Below are positions 29,101 through 43,670 of a DNA stretch of 64,000 nt, piece by piece. A model generated the notes under the pieces. It saw only the letters and a program-made list of their open reading frames with translations. It was not told the origin of the DNA and searched no databases. Made by a program: the position numbers and the translations under genes. Position 1 is the first letter of the stretch. Every line of letters starts with the position of its first letter. This DNA comes from Tubiluchus corallicola (lineage: Eukaryota > Animalia > Priapulida): contig JAQGDQ010000014.1 of the NCBI GenBank assembly GCA_030141605.1, forward strand, positions 434,001 to 498,000, written 5' to 3'.

Positions 29101-32100
29101 ATAAACCATGGACTAATCATAAATTTATGTAGTCATTCGGGATCTCAGTCGTCCAGATATTATACATTGTTAGCCGGGACTCCCCTTTTCTTCACTCAGA
29201 TACAACATACTGTCATCTCCGTTTGGAGCTATTGAACTGTTCTATGGAAGATTGATCGCCTATTTAAGTCTGGAGAGACACAGAGCAAAATGGGCGAAGT
29301 AATAATGTCACTGGAGTTGACAACGAAGTTGCAATAATTTACGTGCAAAAGTGCGTTGAACTGTCATTAAAAAACATGAAAGACTATTTGTTGTTTGTTG
29401 TTATTTAAAGGATGCGTCCATGGAAAAGTGACTTCACTTGAAAACGTTAAAAATTTCAACACAAACCACAGCAGAATGGAAACCTTAATAGAGCCTCGTA
29501 AATATTTGCACTTCGTAAATAAACTGTACGGAACTGACGGATACATACGTGTTTTAAGTGCGTTTATTCAAAGCAAGTTCAAGAATCAAATATTTCGATG
29601 TTCAACTTCTTTGCTTGTTTTGACTGTCAGTTCTATATAGGTATTTTAGCCTTACAAAATAGTGAAATTAGACGTTACTGAAATCACGATAATCCTTTTT
29701 ATTATTAGGTCTGAGTGGTTAGACAGCTATCGCTTAGTAACCGAAATTAAGCAACGTTAGTAAACGGAGAGGTGATTTTCTTCCGGACGCTTCTACTTTT
29801 ACAGCCTCTGACTATTTTTTCGTCGACCTCTGCTCTGCCTGTTTGATATTTCATCTTCAAGGATTCTCTTTGATAATAAGTTACTCTTAATAATAAACTT
29901 AATCATACAATCACCATATAATTGTCTATTTGTGACTATATAATATTATTATGTGTACTTGTGTTTACATAAGTGTCTATTTGCGAATATAGAAATATAA
30001 AACTTATAATTATACTTATGGTAATAATTATAATTATATTAATTTGGCCCTTCTACATTTTGACGCTGGATATCAGCTGGAAATGTATATAAAAGTGTAT
30101 CTTTAAAAGAGGCTTTGTCGGCAGTTTTGCCTGTTCTTGTATGTGTTTATTTATTTATTTATCTATTAAGCTTTTCGGGAGCTATATAATTGAGAGTGAA
30201 TATACTGGAGTGAATGCAGAACAGGCCGAACAGAGATAATCTAAACTACTGTGCTGACAGTTAGGTGCAGACATTTTATAGCTCAGGCTTTGAATAAGAA
30301 ACTGAAGTAAGTTAGATAACATTGACTAGAGATTGAAACACTTCACCGACTAAGCAAACATACAAATTACTTTATCTTGCCATATTAACGTTGAATGCCT
30401 TTTGTAGTCTCACAATGATTTTATTTGTTAAAGTTGTTAAGATTGCGAGTCTCAGGCGAGCTCTCTCATATCTTATATTATCAATATATAAGGTGGTGAA
30501 CTAGTGGTGAGCTAGTGGTGGGATAGTGAGTCAGGACGTTTTACCAATTTGTGCGAGCATGTCAAATTAGTAAGAACTTTCTTTAGCAGTTACATTAGTA
30601 TTTCAGACAGGTAAGCTTAATATTAAGTAATAATAAGGAAAGTTTTTTGCAATATGCTTTAAATTCACTTTAAACAATTTACTTTGCAAGAGAAGGCAAA
30701 TACTGGCTCGCTGTCAAGTAAAACCGTTTTCATCCAAGCAGTTAAAGACGCTGCTGTGCATTTCAGTTTCGTACCGTTCCTTTTACATTCAGCTAGCGTT
30801 ATTAGTTTGAAGCTAAATCAATACCTTTGCTTCTCTTGACAAGTTGGGGGAGTTTGTGGATGTTAAGTTGCAGCATGCAGCGTGTCTACGTGAAATGCGC
30901 TCAGTGTAAGAAATTAACCAAGATGCACGTATCGCATTTGTGGTCGATTACTCGCAACCAAAGTCAAGATATAATGGCCCTGCCATGAAGTGCTTCCAAT
31001 TGTCAAATGATTACAGTTAAAAGTTGTTTTATTAGTGTAATTTCAGTTTTATTCCTTCCGCTCGCTCCCTTAAAATATCTTGACACTAACCTGCATTTTA
31101 GCTTCCATTATTGTTAGAAACTTCACTACTAAGCCTCCTTTAAGTATAACTATCATCACTTTTATGATCTTTTGATTAGGTTAGATATTATCTTCGTCAG
31201 TACTCCTTTTTGTCTTCATCAGTATCTGAATTATTATTAAATTATATATTAAAATAATAAAGATTCATTATCGGCATCATCTTCATCGTCGTCGTCGTCA
31301 TCATCATCATCAGCAGCAGCAGCACCGTCGCCGTCGTCGTCAATATCATCATCATCAGTAATTAGGATCGTCGCCATTGTTATCATCATTATCGTCGTCA
31401 CCATGACAATTTAATCGTTAATTTTCTTTTGTGCAGAGCGTCATGACAATAATAATAGAATGTTTCTAATTAGGATAATTGAAATCGTAATTTGGAATTT
31501 ACGTTTGCTTTGTGATGATTTTGAGAGTTGATTTATACAAACAATGTAATTTGTTCATTAACTATCACTGTTTATTCGTAGAATGAGTGCTTATATCTCA
31601 ACTGTCAATGAATTCTTGCTGCCAAACGTCGACAGAAACGCGCAGATATCGGATTAACTCTCGCCTATCTCTTCTTTTATTCAGGCGTTACAAGCTTTAA
31701 CCCTGTTACTTTATTTCGGACGAGAAAGCCAATCGGCATCTCGGCGATCGCTTTAACAACTGCGGCATGTCTCGCCGAGAACCGGTGCGCCGGATTGAAT
31801 GGGAATTCACTTTTGATTCTGTGAAAATTCGGGCTTCATTTGATTTCCGGATTTTCGAATGTTCCACCGGGCGGGTTAATCTGCAGATTTCAATTATCGA
31901 ACAGTGAAAAGACTGATAGAGTAATCGAAGTCGATTGAGGGAGATTTTCGTTATATTGTTCATTAAAGCAAACTTGTCCGTAATGCGGTTACAGATAATT
32001 CTCGACGGTACTGATTTGGCTGGGTAAAAACTGTTTCTCAACTGGGCAGCTAGTAAATGAAGGTGAGGTGTATAAGGGTGTATTATAACGAGAAACTTGT

Positions 32101-32621
32101 TTAGGGATTAAATGACACGAAATTTTCAGTAAGCTAATCTGGGAGGTGGCCTTCAGACATTTTCTGGGGTTTAGGAACTAATTAAGCATCCATAAGTTTC
32201 TTATAGTACCTAGCCTTCATTTAATAATTCTATAGTTTTCAGTGAAATTTTCTAATTTATACAGCGTTTTGGCTTCCCGGAATAAACTTTAAATAAATAA
32301 ATAAATTGTGCGTATACGTGTGTTCTGTTTGGTTATGACACAGTAGTCTTTTTGAACTTTTCCAGACAGAACAGACGAAAATGAACATTTTTAGAGTAGT
32401 GAACAAACACTAGTGTTCTGAAGCTGATGTACTAAGAGTTTTGCCTCTTAATTGTAGAATAAATTAATTGAATTGAAATAAATTGAATTGAAATCCATAA
32501 AAAGAACAAAGTAACATCAGTTTTTTCTGCTTTTAAACACTCCTCCACTGCAAGCGTCTCACAAAAAATCACAGCTTAGTTATTCTAAATAAGTTGTTGT
32601 TTTGTTCTCTGTTCTCAAAGG

Positions 32622-33123
32622 AAAACCGGGCCAATTCTTAAACTATAGCTCAAAACAATCGACCCCATAAATATTAAAACGGAACGTACTAATTTTTTAA
32701 GAATGACTTGCGTGAAAGAATTATTACCGCAAAATGGTAATTTTGTGTTCGTACGGCCAATTCACCGCTGTTACATGCATTTGGCCATTCGCTAGTTAGA
32801 TACGCTCTACATCTCGCATACGCATTGCACAAGAAACACGTGCTGTAGTTCTCAGTTCAGAAGTGTTCGGTTGTGACGTAGTGCACACGTTCAAGAACTC
32901 GTGTGTGAGCACAGCTGCAAATTTGAAATTTGAATCTTAAACTTGAAATTTGCTGAGTTTTTGTATATCATACTAATGCTGTACAGTAGCATCTTATTTC
33001 AATTTCTGCTTTCGCAAACACGTGCAACACACTCGTGGAATGTTTGTGACGTCATCATTAATTATGATGAAAATTATGTTCAGTTGTGACGTCATCATTA
33101 ATTGGGCTCCCGGCTGTTAATTA
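32622..33123 (+). mobile_element. Same non-autonomous DNA element family, copy 2
   Basis: Shared blocks with the reverse complement of 8955-9435 (caaaacaatc, gtgaaagaattatt, gctttcgcaaacac, ctcgtggaat, aaaattatgttc, ttgggctc); internal 19-bp duplication tgtgacgtcatcattaatt. Confidence 0.65.
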
Positions 33124-33339
33124 TGAATAATAAGACCCACTAATTTGTGCAAGTACCATAATGAAGTGTTACAGTTCCGTAAAATTCTGTAAGCTCAGCT
33201 CAGTCATTTGTTATTGTAAACTTTTTTAACCTTTGTATAACGTTCTTGGTTTCTGAATAGTAGAAAATTTGGGGCAGTGAAATGTTTCAATTCTGCTATC
33301 CCTGTTAAAGATTGTAAATATTAATTTTATGGTCAATAA

Positions 33340-33367
33340 ACTACTACTACGACGACGATACGACGAT

Positions 33368-33440
<73 letters not shown>

Positions 33441-33463
33441 GCTACTACTACTACTACTACTAC

Positions 33464-33494
<31 letters not shown>
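33340..33494. repeat. (TAC)n-(TAT)n microsatellite
   Basis: Directly visible. Confidence 0.95.
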
Positions 33495-35249
33495 GTGTTT
33501 TTAAGCTATTATTTAATTATCAGAAACACTAGCATTATTATGAGCGTTAAAATGCGTACTTTTTACCCTACTACAAAGTGGGGTAAGATATTAAAAATCA
33601 TTCTGTTTTCCTTTAATAGAGACTTAAAAGTTTTAATGTCAAGATCGTGAGATGGCCACCTACACGTTCACTGCTGTTAATTACCAACCGTGTTTTCGTT
33701 ACTGTTCGTGCTTTATCTCGACCCAATCAATAATAATACAAGCAAAATCTCACAGCTTATAGTGTCTAAGTCAACCACAATACACAGTCTTACAAATAAG
33801 AAGGTTGGCCTTTCTGTATCAAGCGCGCGTGTACCTGATTCAGATTGATTAAAAGCAGGTATAATCCCTACCTGTTCTAAAGCTTGGTCTCCAAGAAAGT
33901 GCAGATTAACTAAATATCGAACATAGCAGGTAAAGGTGAGCTGTTGATTTAAATTAACGTGCCCGACTTCAATAATACCCTTTTGTAGACTTGTGATTGC
34001 TTTTCCTGGAAGGTAATTATTCTGTCTCTATATATTTGGACAGCTTAGCGCATTTGACATCATTCAAACTTTGTGTTCCAGTTGCGATGCGATTTTCTTG
34101 TCCTTTTATCGTTCATAAACGCATTTTTTACAGATTGTAGATTTTGTCTTCCCGACTTGTAACGTGGTTATAGTGGCAGCAGTGACTTCTATCAAGTTCC
34201 TTAGTCTCCATTGTTTGCATTTGCCAAAAGTCATCATTCTCTTAGAAGTTTAAAATGTACATTTGTATTTAGATATAGTATATAGTTTACTATTGTGCAT
34301 AATTTATATTTTATTAGGGATATAGTTTACATTTATTTTTTACATAACATTTAATATATAGGATATACTAGATAGTTTATATTTATATTTTAGATAAGTT
34401 CCTTCTGTATCTCTCTCTCTAAGTCTAAATTGCGACTATTGAGCTCCTATGTTTGTCAATGTAATTGTGTCCTGTTTATGTCTTAATAATATTATAAAAA
34501 AATCCAAAATATAATATTACAGTAGTTATTTTATGTGATCTTGTTTCATTTCTTTCACCTACCTGAATATCAATTACAGCGATAGTATAAAACGTTCTGT
34601 TTCTAAGTTGTGATTTTCTAGTTAGTTTCCTGTATTCTTGTCTTTACGATTCAAATATGTTTTCTATTTTGCTGTCTAGTTAGTTCTCAGGTAACTTGCA
34701 CACTCTGTAAAGGGAATTTGTCCACTTAATGCATATTCTGTATGTAATGCAGGACATTGAACCGACGGGATGACTTTTTTTAGGAAGTTTGCCAGACTCT
34801 GTGCGCATAGTTTGATTAAATATTTGCATTATTTTACCCTGCATATTTGCTTAGTGGTTCTGGTCTTCACGAACTTTTTGAGATTTGCACAACACGAAGT
34901 TCTAAGTCTCATTGTGCTGGACAATTCTGAGACTGCTGCTGATGCTGATGTTGTACTATTGAAATCAATGTTCAGCTCAACACAATGAATTGAAACGTTG
35001 TCTAACCTAATCAGTATTGACAAAATCGACTCTTTAGAGCTGTGCGTGCGCTGCTGTAAAGAAATAGAAATTTAATCTGCTGCTGCGTGTGTGTAGGTAA
35101 TAACTACAGGATCATCGAAAATAATGATTGCTTAACATCTTTGCTGCTTTGATAGGGACTAGGGAGCTACATTTTTTAATTTTTAACCTGACTATCCCAT
35201 CTTTAATTCAAAACTGTAATCTGTTGAGGACGCATTAAGCTGTAAGGCT

Positions 35250-35450
35250 AAAGCGGCGTTTACCAGACATCAGAAATGCATTATGCGTTATTACGTAAAA
35301 ATCACTTTAAATTGTTTTCAATGAACCCATTTACCAGACCTGTGTCATTGCGTTATTTTCTCTGCAGCTATTCATATGGAATTTTCATATGTAGCTGCTG
35401 GATACATAACAACGCATAGCGCATTCCGGATGTCTAGTGAACGTAGTTTA
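35250..35450. mobile_element. Short palindromic MITE (PIF/Harbinger-like)
   Basis: Left aagcggcgtttaccagacatcagaaatgcattatgcgtt versus right reverse complement aaactacgttcactagacatccggaatgcgctatgcgtt; TAA/TTA flanks. Confidence 0.55.
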
Positions 35451-36586
35451 AAAGTAGAGAGCTATAACCTACATGGAAAGCAATCCCTTGTTGTCATTTT
35501 AATATTTGGAAAACACATTCACCCGTCTAATATTTAATTAACAATTTCATGATAAACGTTTTGCATGTTTGCCGTCTTGTTTGGTCTTGTGATGAACCGA
35601 TCTTTTTGAACCTGCTCGATTTCACTACATGTGACATATTTGACAGCGTCCGGTCTCTGGGAACAACACAAAAAAGAGAAAAACGATTGTTAGTGTGAAC
35701 ATCGTATATAATATTTATTAAAGACCAAAAGCCGAGTTTTTGGCGGGAACCAACACCAAAAAAAGAGAAGAATGATTGTTAATGTGCACCAGACTATTGT
35801 TTAAGTTTGTTATCGTCTTTGGGTTAATTTATGATATATTAAAAAATGTTGAGATTTAGCCCTGGTTTTTCTTGTAGCTTTGTATTAAATAATAGTATTA
35901 ACTATGTGTCCAGATTATGAATTATGTCTATATCCTACGTAAATGGAGATACTGCAAGGAAAGGTCATCAATTTCCAAAGTGTCGTTAAAATTTCGACTT
36001 GTGACTGATTATAACTGCATGGGCCTTAGCTCCACCGTGCGTGCAACTCCTTCATCGCCATGAATTATCCTCGTCAGTTGTTCGATAAATTGACATTAAA
36101 TTTTATTGTTATTATTTTGCTGAACGAATTTGAGCGTTTCTACTCATTTGCATGTTGAAATTTCCCCAGAACCTCGACAAAGCAAACAAAGACGTATTGC
36201 GTGAAATTAAAAACAGCATTGTGCGTGTGTTTTTGCAAGTGCGTTGCGCTATACCATTAACTATTGTCAACAATTAAAACTAAGCTTTCTTGTTTAGATA
36301 GAAATTTAAGATCACTCATCAGCGAGTTTTCGAATTGATCAGAGACCGCACAGTTCGAAGAATTTCATTTTTAGAACGTTCCTCTGTTTACTTTACTGGA
36401 TCATCGCATTGGCTAAATTATAGCTCTGACCTAATTGTTGGAAATTTGTTTTCGAAAGATTATTACCCATTTGAAATTGCTTATAAAACAGCCTGGTTTT
36501 GAAACACTTTAGAAGATTGTCTTGCTGGGTATCATAAGAACTGGTCAACTTCAAAGAATTAAAGCCTGATATTGTGTGTAACGACT

Positions 36587-37291
36587 TCTTAATTTGTATG
36601 CAATGTAAAACTAAGCAATACAATACAGTTTAAAGCAATCCAATGTAATGCTGTCTACTGAGTGTAGTACAGTGCAGTGTAATACCACGTAATACAATAG
36701 AATGGAAAATAAAGTAGTATAGTAGTATAGTGCAATATAGTTTACTATGCACTTTAATGTAATTCTTGCAAAGTAAAGCAATGAAACCACAATGCGTGTG
36801 ATCCAACACGACGCTGCAGAAATAATGCATTGCGATGTTACAGTGTGGTCGCTAACGCTAATACATCATAGTAAATAATGCAATGTTATAGTTGTATAAT
36901 CCAATACTACACTGCCATGCATTGCTACTGCATATCAAATTCTGTTTGCCAATAAAGCATACTTGCGTTGATATTTGATTTTATACAACCTTTGAATGCA
37001 CAGAACAACTTAATAACGTGCAGGGAACTTCTGAATGCCGAAATATGAATCAGTAGACAAATAATCTGTAGATAGACTAGCGTTGATCACATGCAAGAGT
37101 GGATGCCTCATGTGTCACAATGGAGTGCTTTTTAAGTCGGTTTGCGACATTCATTATCAAAAACAGCTCTCTGGAGAGTCTGATCTGTACACTGTTTAAA
37201 GAAGGTTTGCCTAGTTTGTTTGTGGACATTACTACAGATTGAAGTAATCAATCTTGACAATCTTGAAACAGTCTTGAAATCTTACACTTTA
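36587..37291 (+). repeat. 705-bp segment, copy A (duplicated at 39244-39948)
   Basis: Apparently identical to 39244-39948 at constant offset 2657; the same 66-aa spurious ORF appears in both copies; includes a degenerate pentamer tract (caata/cagta). Confidence 0.95.
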
Positions 37292-37426
37292 TTACAAGTT
37301 TCCACTGGCCAAACTAAACCCAAATGGATTACTTGCTATTATTCTGTAAAAACTGTTTTCCAATCAAGGATGCAGTTTAGTGTTAAAATATTATCTTCTA
37401 ACACTGCACATTCTTTTCTTTTTTAG

Positions 37427-37586
37427 GAAGCTTATAAAGATTGGCTGTGCTCTACAATGGTGCCATATAGGCTAGGTGAAGACTTGATAAAACCCTGTTT
37501 TTATTTTTGCGAAGTTGTCGAGCAGAGGTGCCCATACTTTTATCCTAAGAAAACGTATGCAGGAGAACCAACATTTCTGTGTATAG
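37427..37586 (+). CDS. NALF: NALF/FAM155 (NALCN channel auxiliary factor; NLF-1/Mid1-like), penultimate coding exon, cysteine-rich domain
   Basis: Polypyrimidine acceptor ttcttttttttag and donor G|gtgagt; 160 nt, phase 0 to phase 1. Translates EAYKDWLCSTMVPYRLGEDLIKPCFYFCEVVEQRCPYFYPKKTYAGEPTFLCI, matching the FAM155/Mid1 pattern YKxWLC...PCxxxCxxVxxRCP...YxG...FxC. Missed by the ORF track. Confidence 0.9.
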
Positions 37587-37723
37587 GTGAGTTACCGTAG
37601 CTAGTTTGTCGAAAGATAAAATAAGGATGAAGTAGTTAACGAAGTTGGATAAGTCGTATTCAGACTTTTTTCGAAATGGCAGCAGCTTTCCGGTAACTCC
37701 ACTGACATCAACATTAGTTAATT

Positions 37724-38242
<519 letters not shown>

Positions 38243-38377
38243 CTACAAACCGGCAACTAATTAAATTTTGATACCAAACTTCAAAGGCAAGAAATGTGAA
38301 AAAGTTGAAGAACGCCTGAATTTGAATCAATGATCTTTTCCTAACAAGGCAGACGCCTTCTTAGACCGCAACTGAGG

Positions 38378-38450
38378 AATATGGTGGCCTAGTGGTCTAA
38401 GGTGTTTGCCTTGTAAGCAGAAGGTGCCTGGTTCAAATCCAGATTGTATA
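38378..38450 (+). pseudogene. Decayed tRNA-Thr(TGT)-like sequence / tRNA-SINE head
   Basis: A box tggcctagtgg (38385-38395), anticodon arm tttgc-cttgtaa-gcaga, B box ggttcaaatcc (38430-38440); acceptor stem weak (several G-U, terminal mismatch) and T stem has a mismatch. Confidence 0.6.
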
Positions 38451-39110
38451 CTTTATATCTTTGAGGTTTTTTGAAAATTTGCATAATTGTACGCTTGCGG
38501 ATTAATACCGTCATCAATATTAGCTTTCGTCCAAAATAGCTGTATAAATCATCATTGTTGAAACAGTTTTGCTACACTGGAAGCTGTGTCAGATTGCAAG
38601 TTGGATAGCAGGAGATTATTTAACTGTTTGTCTCTCGACCAAAATTCCGGTTTCAGATTCGGCGAACAGTCCCATTTCCGAGAGTTTTGGTTAATTGTGT
38701 TGTAATTGTGTATGATGTCACAAGAAAATGCAGGCGTGGGTTTTTAACTAGTTGTGGTTTATTACAGTAGAAAAAGCGCACTTTAAATTGCACAAAATGC
38801 TCTTGGTACAAAATTTCATTTAACCCACATTACTACCTGTAATATATTTCTCTCTGCGCTAATTTTAAATCCGGTTTGATTTTTGTAACTCTAGTTTTTC
38901 ACAGACTTTTATATGTGAAATTCGTTATCCGCGATTTTTCTCTGAAAACCACAAGTTTATTCAATAAGAATATTAACAATTCCGGTTATAATCCCGTTTA
39001 TGAATAATTATAAATCCAGTTTTTTCCTCCAGACTTCTTTTCTGTGGAACTGCGTATTAGAATATTGGTTTCCTGAAAACTGCGAGCTCACTGGATTCAT
39101 GAAGAATATC

Positions 39111-40095
39111 GCCAATATAAGACAAATTCCATGTCTCTGGCCGTGTATTTATATCTTTGTCTCTTACTTGAATAGCCCCTTTCTTGAATGGCCTTGGCCT
39201 TGTTTGGGGTGACTTGCATAAACAAAAATAGTGTAGTTATCTATCTTAATTTGTATGCAATGTAAAACTAAGCAATACAATACAGTTTAAAGCAATCCAA
39301 TGTAATGCTGTCTACTGAGTGTAGTACAGTGCAGTGTAATACCACGTAATACAATAGAATGGAAAATAAAGTAGTATAGTAGTATAGTGCAATATAGTTT
39401 ACTATGCACTTTAATGTAATTCTTGCAAAGTAAAGCAATGAAACCACAATGCGTGTGATCCAACACGACGCTGCAGAAATAATGCATTGCGATGTTACAG
39501 TGTGGTCGCTAACGCTAATACATCATAGTAAATAATGCAATGTTATAGTTGTATAATCCAATACTACACTGCCATGCATTGCTACTGCATATCAAATTCT
39601 GTTTGCCAATAAAGCATACTTGCGTTGATATTTGATTTTATACAACCTTTGAATGCACAGAACAACTTAATAACGTGCAGGGAACTTCTGAATGCCGAAA
39701 TATGAATCAGTAGACAAATAATCTGTAGATAGACTAGCGTTGATCACATGCAAGAGTGGATGCCTCATGTGTCACAATGGAGTGCTTTTTAAGTCGGTTT
39801 GCGACATTCATTATCAAAAACAGCTCTCTGGAGAGTCTGATCTGTACACTGTTTAAAGAAGGTTTGCCTAGTTTGTTTGTGGACATTACTACAGATTGAA
39901 GTAATCAATCTTGACAATCTTGAAACAGTCTTGAAATCTTACACTTTAAGATTATAAGCCAATATAAGACAAATTCCATGTCTCTGGCCGTGTATTTATA
40001 TCTTTGTCTCTTACTTGAATAGCCCCTTTCTTGAATGGCCTTGGCCTTGTTTGGGGTGACTTGCATAAACAAAAATAGTGTAGTTATCTATCTTA
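39111..40095 (+). repeat. 138-bp direct repeats (39111-39248 and 39958-40095) bracketing copy B
   Basis: gccaatataagacaaattcc...gtagttatctatctta occurs twice. Confidence 0.95.
39244..39948 (+). repeat. 705-bp segment, copy B
   Basis: Starts tcttaatttgtatgc and ends cttacacttta, exactly as copy A. Confidence 0.95.
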
Positions 40096-40138
40096 TTTAA
40101 CAGATAATTTTATTTGACTTTGCTATAATTTTTTTCAG

Positions 40139-40458
40139 ATCGGGACATTCCGGACCTTTATATGGACGACGCTTCCACATATGGTGCGTGTCCGACCTGC
40201 TATCACCCGTGTCATCTCTCTTATGAGCCGGACGAATTTGATGGTGTGTACTGCCATGATTTGCCAGGAACTAACAGGACTGAAAATCCGCTACAAAATT
40301 GCCAAAGTCTAAGTTCTTCAGCTCTTTCTGTTGCCTTTAGGACTATACGTTTATTCAATGGCCGTCGCCGTTGCCTGCCGTCTGTTGTGTTATTGTGTGT
40401 GACCTGGCTGGTGTTATTGCGAACAGTGACAGACGGCTTTACTATAGGCTTTACATAG
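40139..40458 (+). CDS. NALF: NALF/FAM155 terminal coding exon (Cys cluster plus C-terminal hydrophobic segment)
   Basis: Acceptor tttttttcag; phase 1 joins the previous exon (G|AT=Asp) in frame with ORF 40162-40458. Reads DRDIPDLYMDDASTYGACPTCYHPC...SSSALS...CLPSVVLLCVTWLVLLRTV...FT*, similar in layout to the FAM155 C-terminus. Confidence 0.85.
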
Positions 40459-43400
40459 TGAAGCCTGAAATAGCGCCTCACCGCGGACGTTGTGTAAATT
40501 ATGATGTACAGAGAAAGAAGAACTGAGGACAATTTTTATATGACACCTGTAATTTTTATACTAATAAGTGGAAAATATTATAAATCAAAATGTTTATGTA
40601 TATGATCATTTGTGTTATACAGTGAAGTCAAAAGTGATTCCAGAAATATGTCCTGTTTGTACACTGTTCAGCTCAAAAGTGTTCCAGCCAGCTGCATATT
40701 GAAGGAGTCAATCAACAACTAGCTAGAGGATTAAATGCATTTGCTACCTACTAGGAAATTAACTGATTGCTAGCTTAATTTTTTTACCAGGTGCAGAAAG
40801 ATATAATAAAGTAATAACAACATGTGCTGCAGGTCCGCAGTGTGATATTGAGCTTGATGCCTATGAAGATTTTTTTGTTCCGTTAGGATAGTTTATGTAG
40901 TTTATAGTTAATATTAATTATTAGCATAACAATAAAGTTACTAATAATCATATGGTTAATCAGAAGTCTGCAATTTATCACTTTTTATGTAGAAAAAAAT
41001 GCGAAGCTAGACGGAGGCAGACAGCTGTAAATTAGGTCTGTTTGTTTATGTTTAAGGACAGGCAACCTGTAAAGCACGTTTGTTTTAAAATATTGTTACT
41101 CACTTCTATCTATTCTTAACTAGCTAAGTAAATCATTCATAACAAACTTCAAGGAATATGAAAATGGTGGTTAATAACCACAAAATAATTTGCCCATAGT
41201 TTAGGAGATTCGTTTTTCCAGAAATGACCTTAGTGCATCTGTTTAGCATATCATCCTGTGAAGTTCATTCTTATTTGAAGTTCTTTGTGAGTTCTTTATC
41301 CACCATTTTTAATACATTTGCAAAGTACTTTGGTCCATACAATAAACTTTTGTCGCCATATCGCGTGCTGTTTAAGCAATTTTCAGACAGTTTCAGGGTC
41401 ATTTTCTTATACAACAGTTTAAGTAATAAGTTTCTTTCTCGTCTTAGAAAAGTGATAAGCCTTTTAGAGACACCTATTGTGCAAAATCAAAAATTCTGAT
41501 AATAAAGACTGTTTTACTGCGGTGTATAATAGTAATGGTCATTTTTAAATAATGTAGGGAACCACAAAGTCAAAAATTCCTCTAGGTAAAACTTAATTTA
41601 CAACATTTAATTTGCTGTCCAAATCATCCAACGATATCGCTTCATTTTTATAGTTTTTTTGGAATCACAGTGATTCCAATGTTTATCATGGGTTTAGTAC
41701 ATGTTTATTGTGAATGTACATTATTGAAACTCTACATTATATAAATTCAGGTATTTTGACAAAGCGTATTGTGAGTTAAAAGTTTATGAAATTGTTCTTA
41801 TTACTCAGATTAGAATATGCCGAAATTATTCTACCATTTTACAGGGATGGCTGTTAATAATTAGGCTCACTGTTTGTGTGATCTTTCACATTGTTTTTGT
41901 TTGACAAAATTTATAGAAGTTACGTTTGCATTTGCCTGAGACTGCTTTTTAACTGAACTTTGTTTCTTCACGCTGCTTCACATCCTTCTCTTCTGTAGTT
42001 CAAAGTTTCAGCAGTTTTTTACACCCCATTAATATTCAATTAAGGCCGTAATTTCAATGATTTTACATAATAATGTGTTTAAAACCATTTGAAGAAAATG
42101 TGTCACCTGAAGTTTTATAAAACAAATTCGTGAATTCAGGTGAGCAGCGATACTCAAGGAAATAATTTGATATAAAAGTTTTAGTAGATAATAAACTGTA
42201 GATTTGTCGTCCCTTTCTTGGCAGTAATATATTTTATTTATTTTATTATTTATTAAAAACAGTTATTTATCAAAAATCGATTATTTTAATCTCAGAAGCT
42301 AAATTTGGGAAATTCTCTGTATGATAGGCTTTTACAACCTGATTTTGAAACTTGGAAACACTTCTGAAAAACCATAATAAAATCTTACAGGATTTTTTCT
42401 TTATCCGTAAATGACATTTTAACGCTTATAAAAATGTCCATGCCATATTCGCGAGATGAACATTGCTTTGTTGCATTTAACTGCTTATTTTGCACAGTAA
42501 TCACGTTAGCCTTTTTAAAATGACGTCACTGCATTTAGTACCTCAGTGTTAGTGTCTTCCCTCCTCAGATGATTACAGGTGCAACAAGTACCTCAGTTCT
42601 TTCGATTAGCTGAGTCTGGACTACACATCACAGTTAATCACGCGCTCTGTTAAACCTTGTTGCTCCTAGGTTCAATAGTACTATTAGTAGTATGTAATAA
42701 GTAAATGATTATTGTTGAATTGTGAATCATTGTATATAAGAAAGTTATATAGTACAATGGTGCTTCGAGCTGTTAATATTTTGTTAAGGTTTTATGTGTT
42801 TATGTGCCTCACTAATTTGAAAACAAAGCTGGTACACAGAGCAATGTAATTGGTAGTAGCGTTATATTACAACTATGTTCAGTGCTACGTTTTGTTTTGT
42901 TTGGCACTATAGCCCAAATTACAAAAACCTTTACTTTTGTTTGCTGCCTATAAATTGAATAGAAAGGAATGTGTTAAAAACAGTCAGTCCACTAGTGTTA
43001 GTGATCTGTACCATATTCATTCTTAATGGCGCTTTACGCTATGTTGCGTTATTTTTAGTTTATGATCTTAAGTTGTTATCTTTTTAAAATAATGACCGCA
43101 CGACAGTCCCTTTTAATGTGCTTTTTTAGTTTCCAGGTCTGCCTCACATCTTCTGGTCAAACTGTCATTCTATGAAGTACTTAAAGAATTATATTACTTT
43201 TTTATTTTTAGTGAAGTGTTTCGTTTTTGTGCACATTTCCGAGTTGGTTATCCTGATCAAAGTGGGGAATTTTAAAAATCAATAAAAAGTCAAAATTTTT
43301 GTACTTTATCAACAGTCTGTGTTTTTGGCGGCTCAGGGTGACCATGCTGTCAAGTTGGAACCGACCTACGAGAGAGGCGTCTTAAAATTAAAAAACAGCA

Positions 43401-43535
43401 TTCATATGTACTGTCAGAAGTTTGTAATTTCACTCCATGGGTATCGCAGCAAATATAACTTGTTTGTTATCTGTATCATGTGACGTGAACACTTCGGTGA
43501 AAATTGCTTATGTTTATTTTTGCTTATTTTTTACA

Positions 43536-43670
43536 CCATCATCATCATCGTCACCACCACCACTATCATCACCACCGTCATCATCATCATCGTCACCATC
43601 ATCATCATCATCATCATATTCATTACCACTAGCACCACACCACCATCATCGTCATCGTCATCATCATAAT
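43536..43670. repeat. Degenerate (CAT/CAC)n
   Basis: Directly visible. Confidence 0.85.

Noticed and set aside
28750-29230. Possible decayed THAP/transposase gene on minus strand (MTVCCI...)
   Set aside because: Multiple stops and too few motifs to support a call.
38378-38450. Functional tRNA-Thr gene
   Set aside because: Acceptor and T stems are defective; treated as pseudogene or SINE head.
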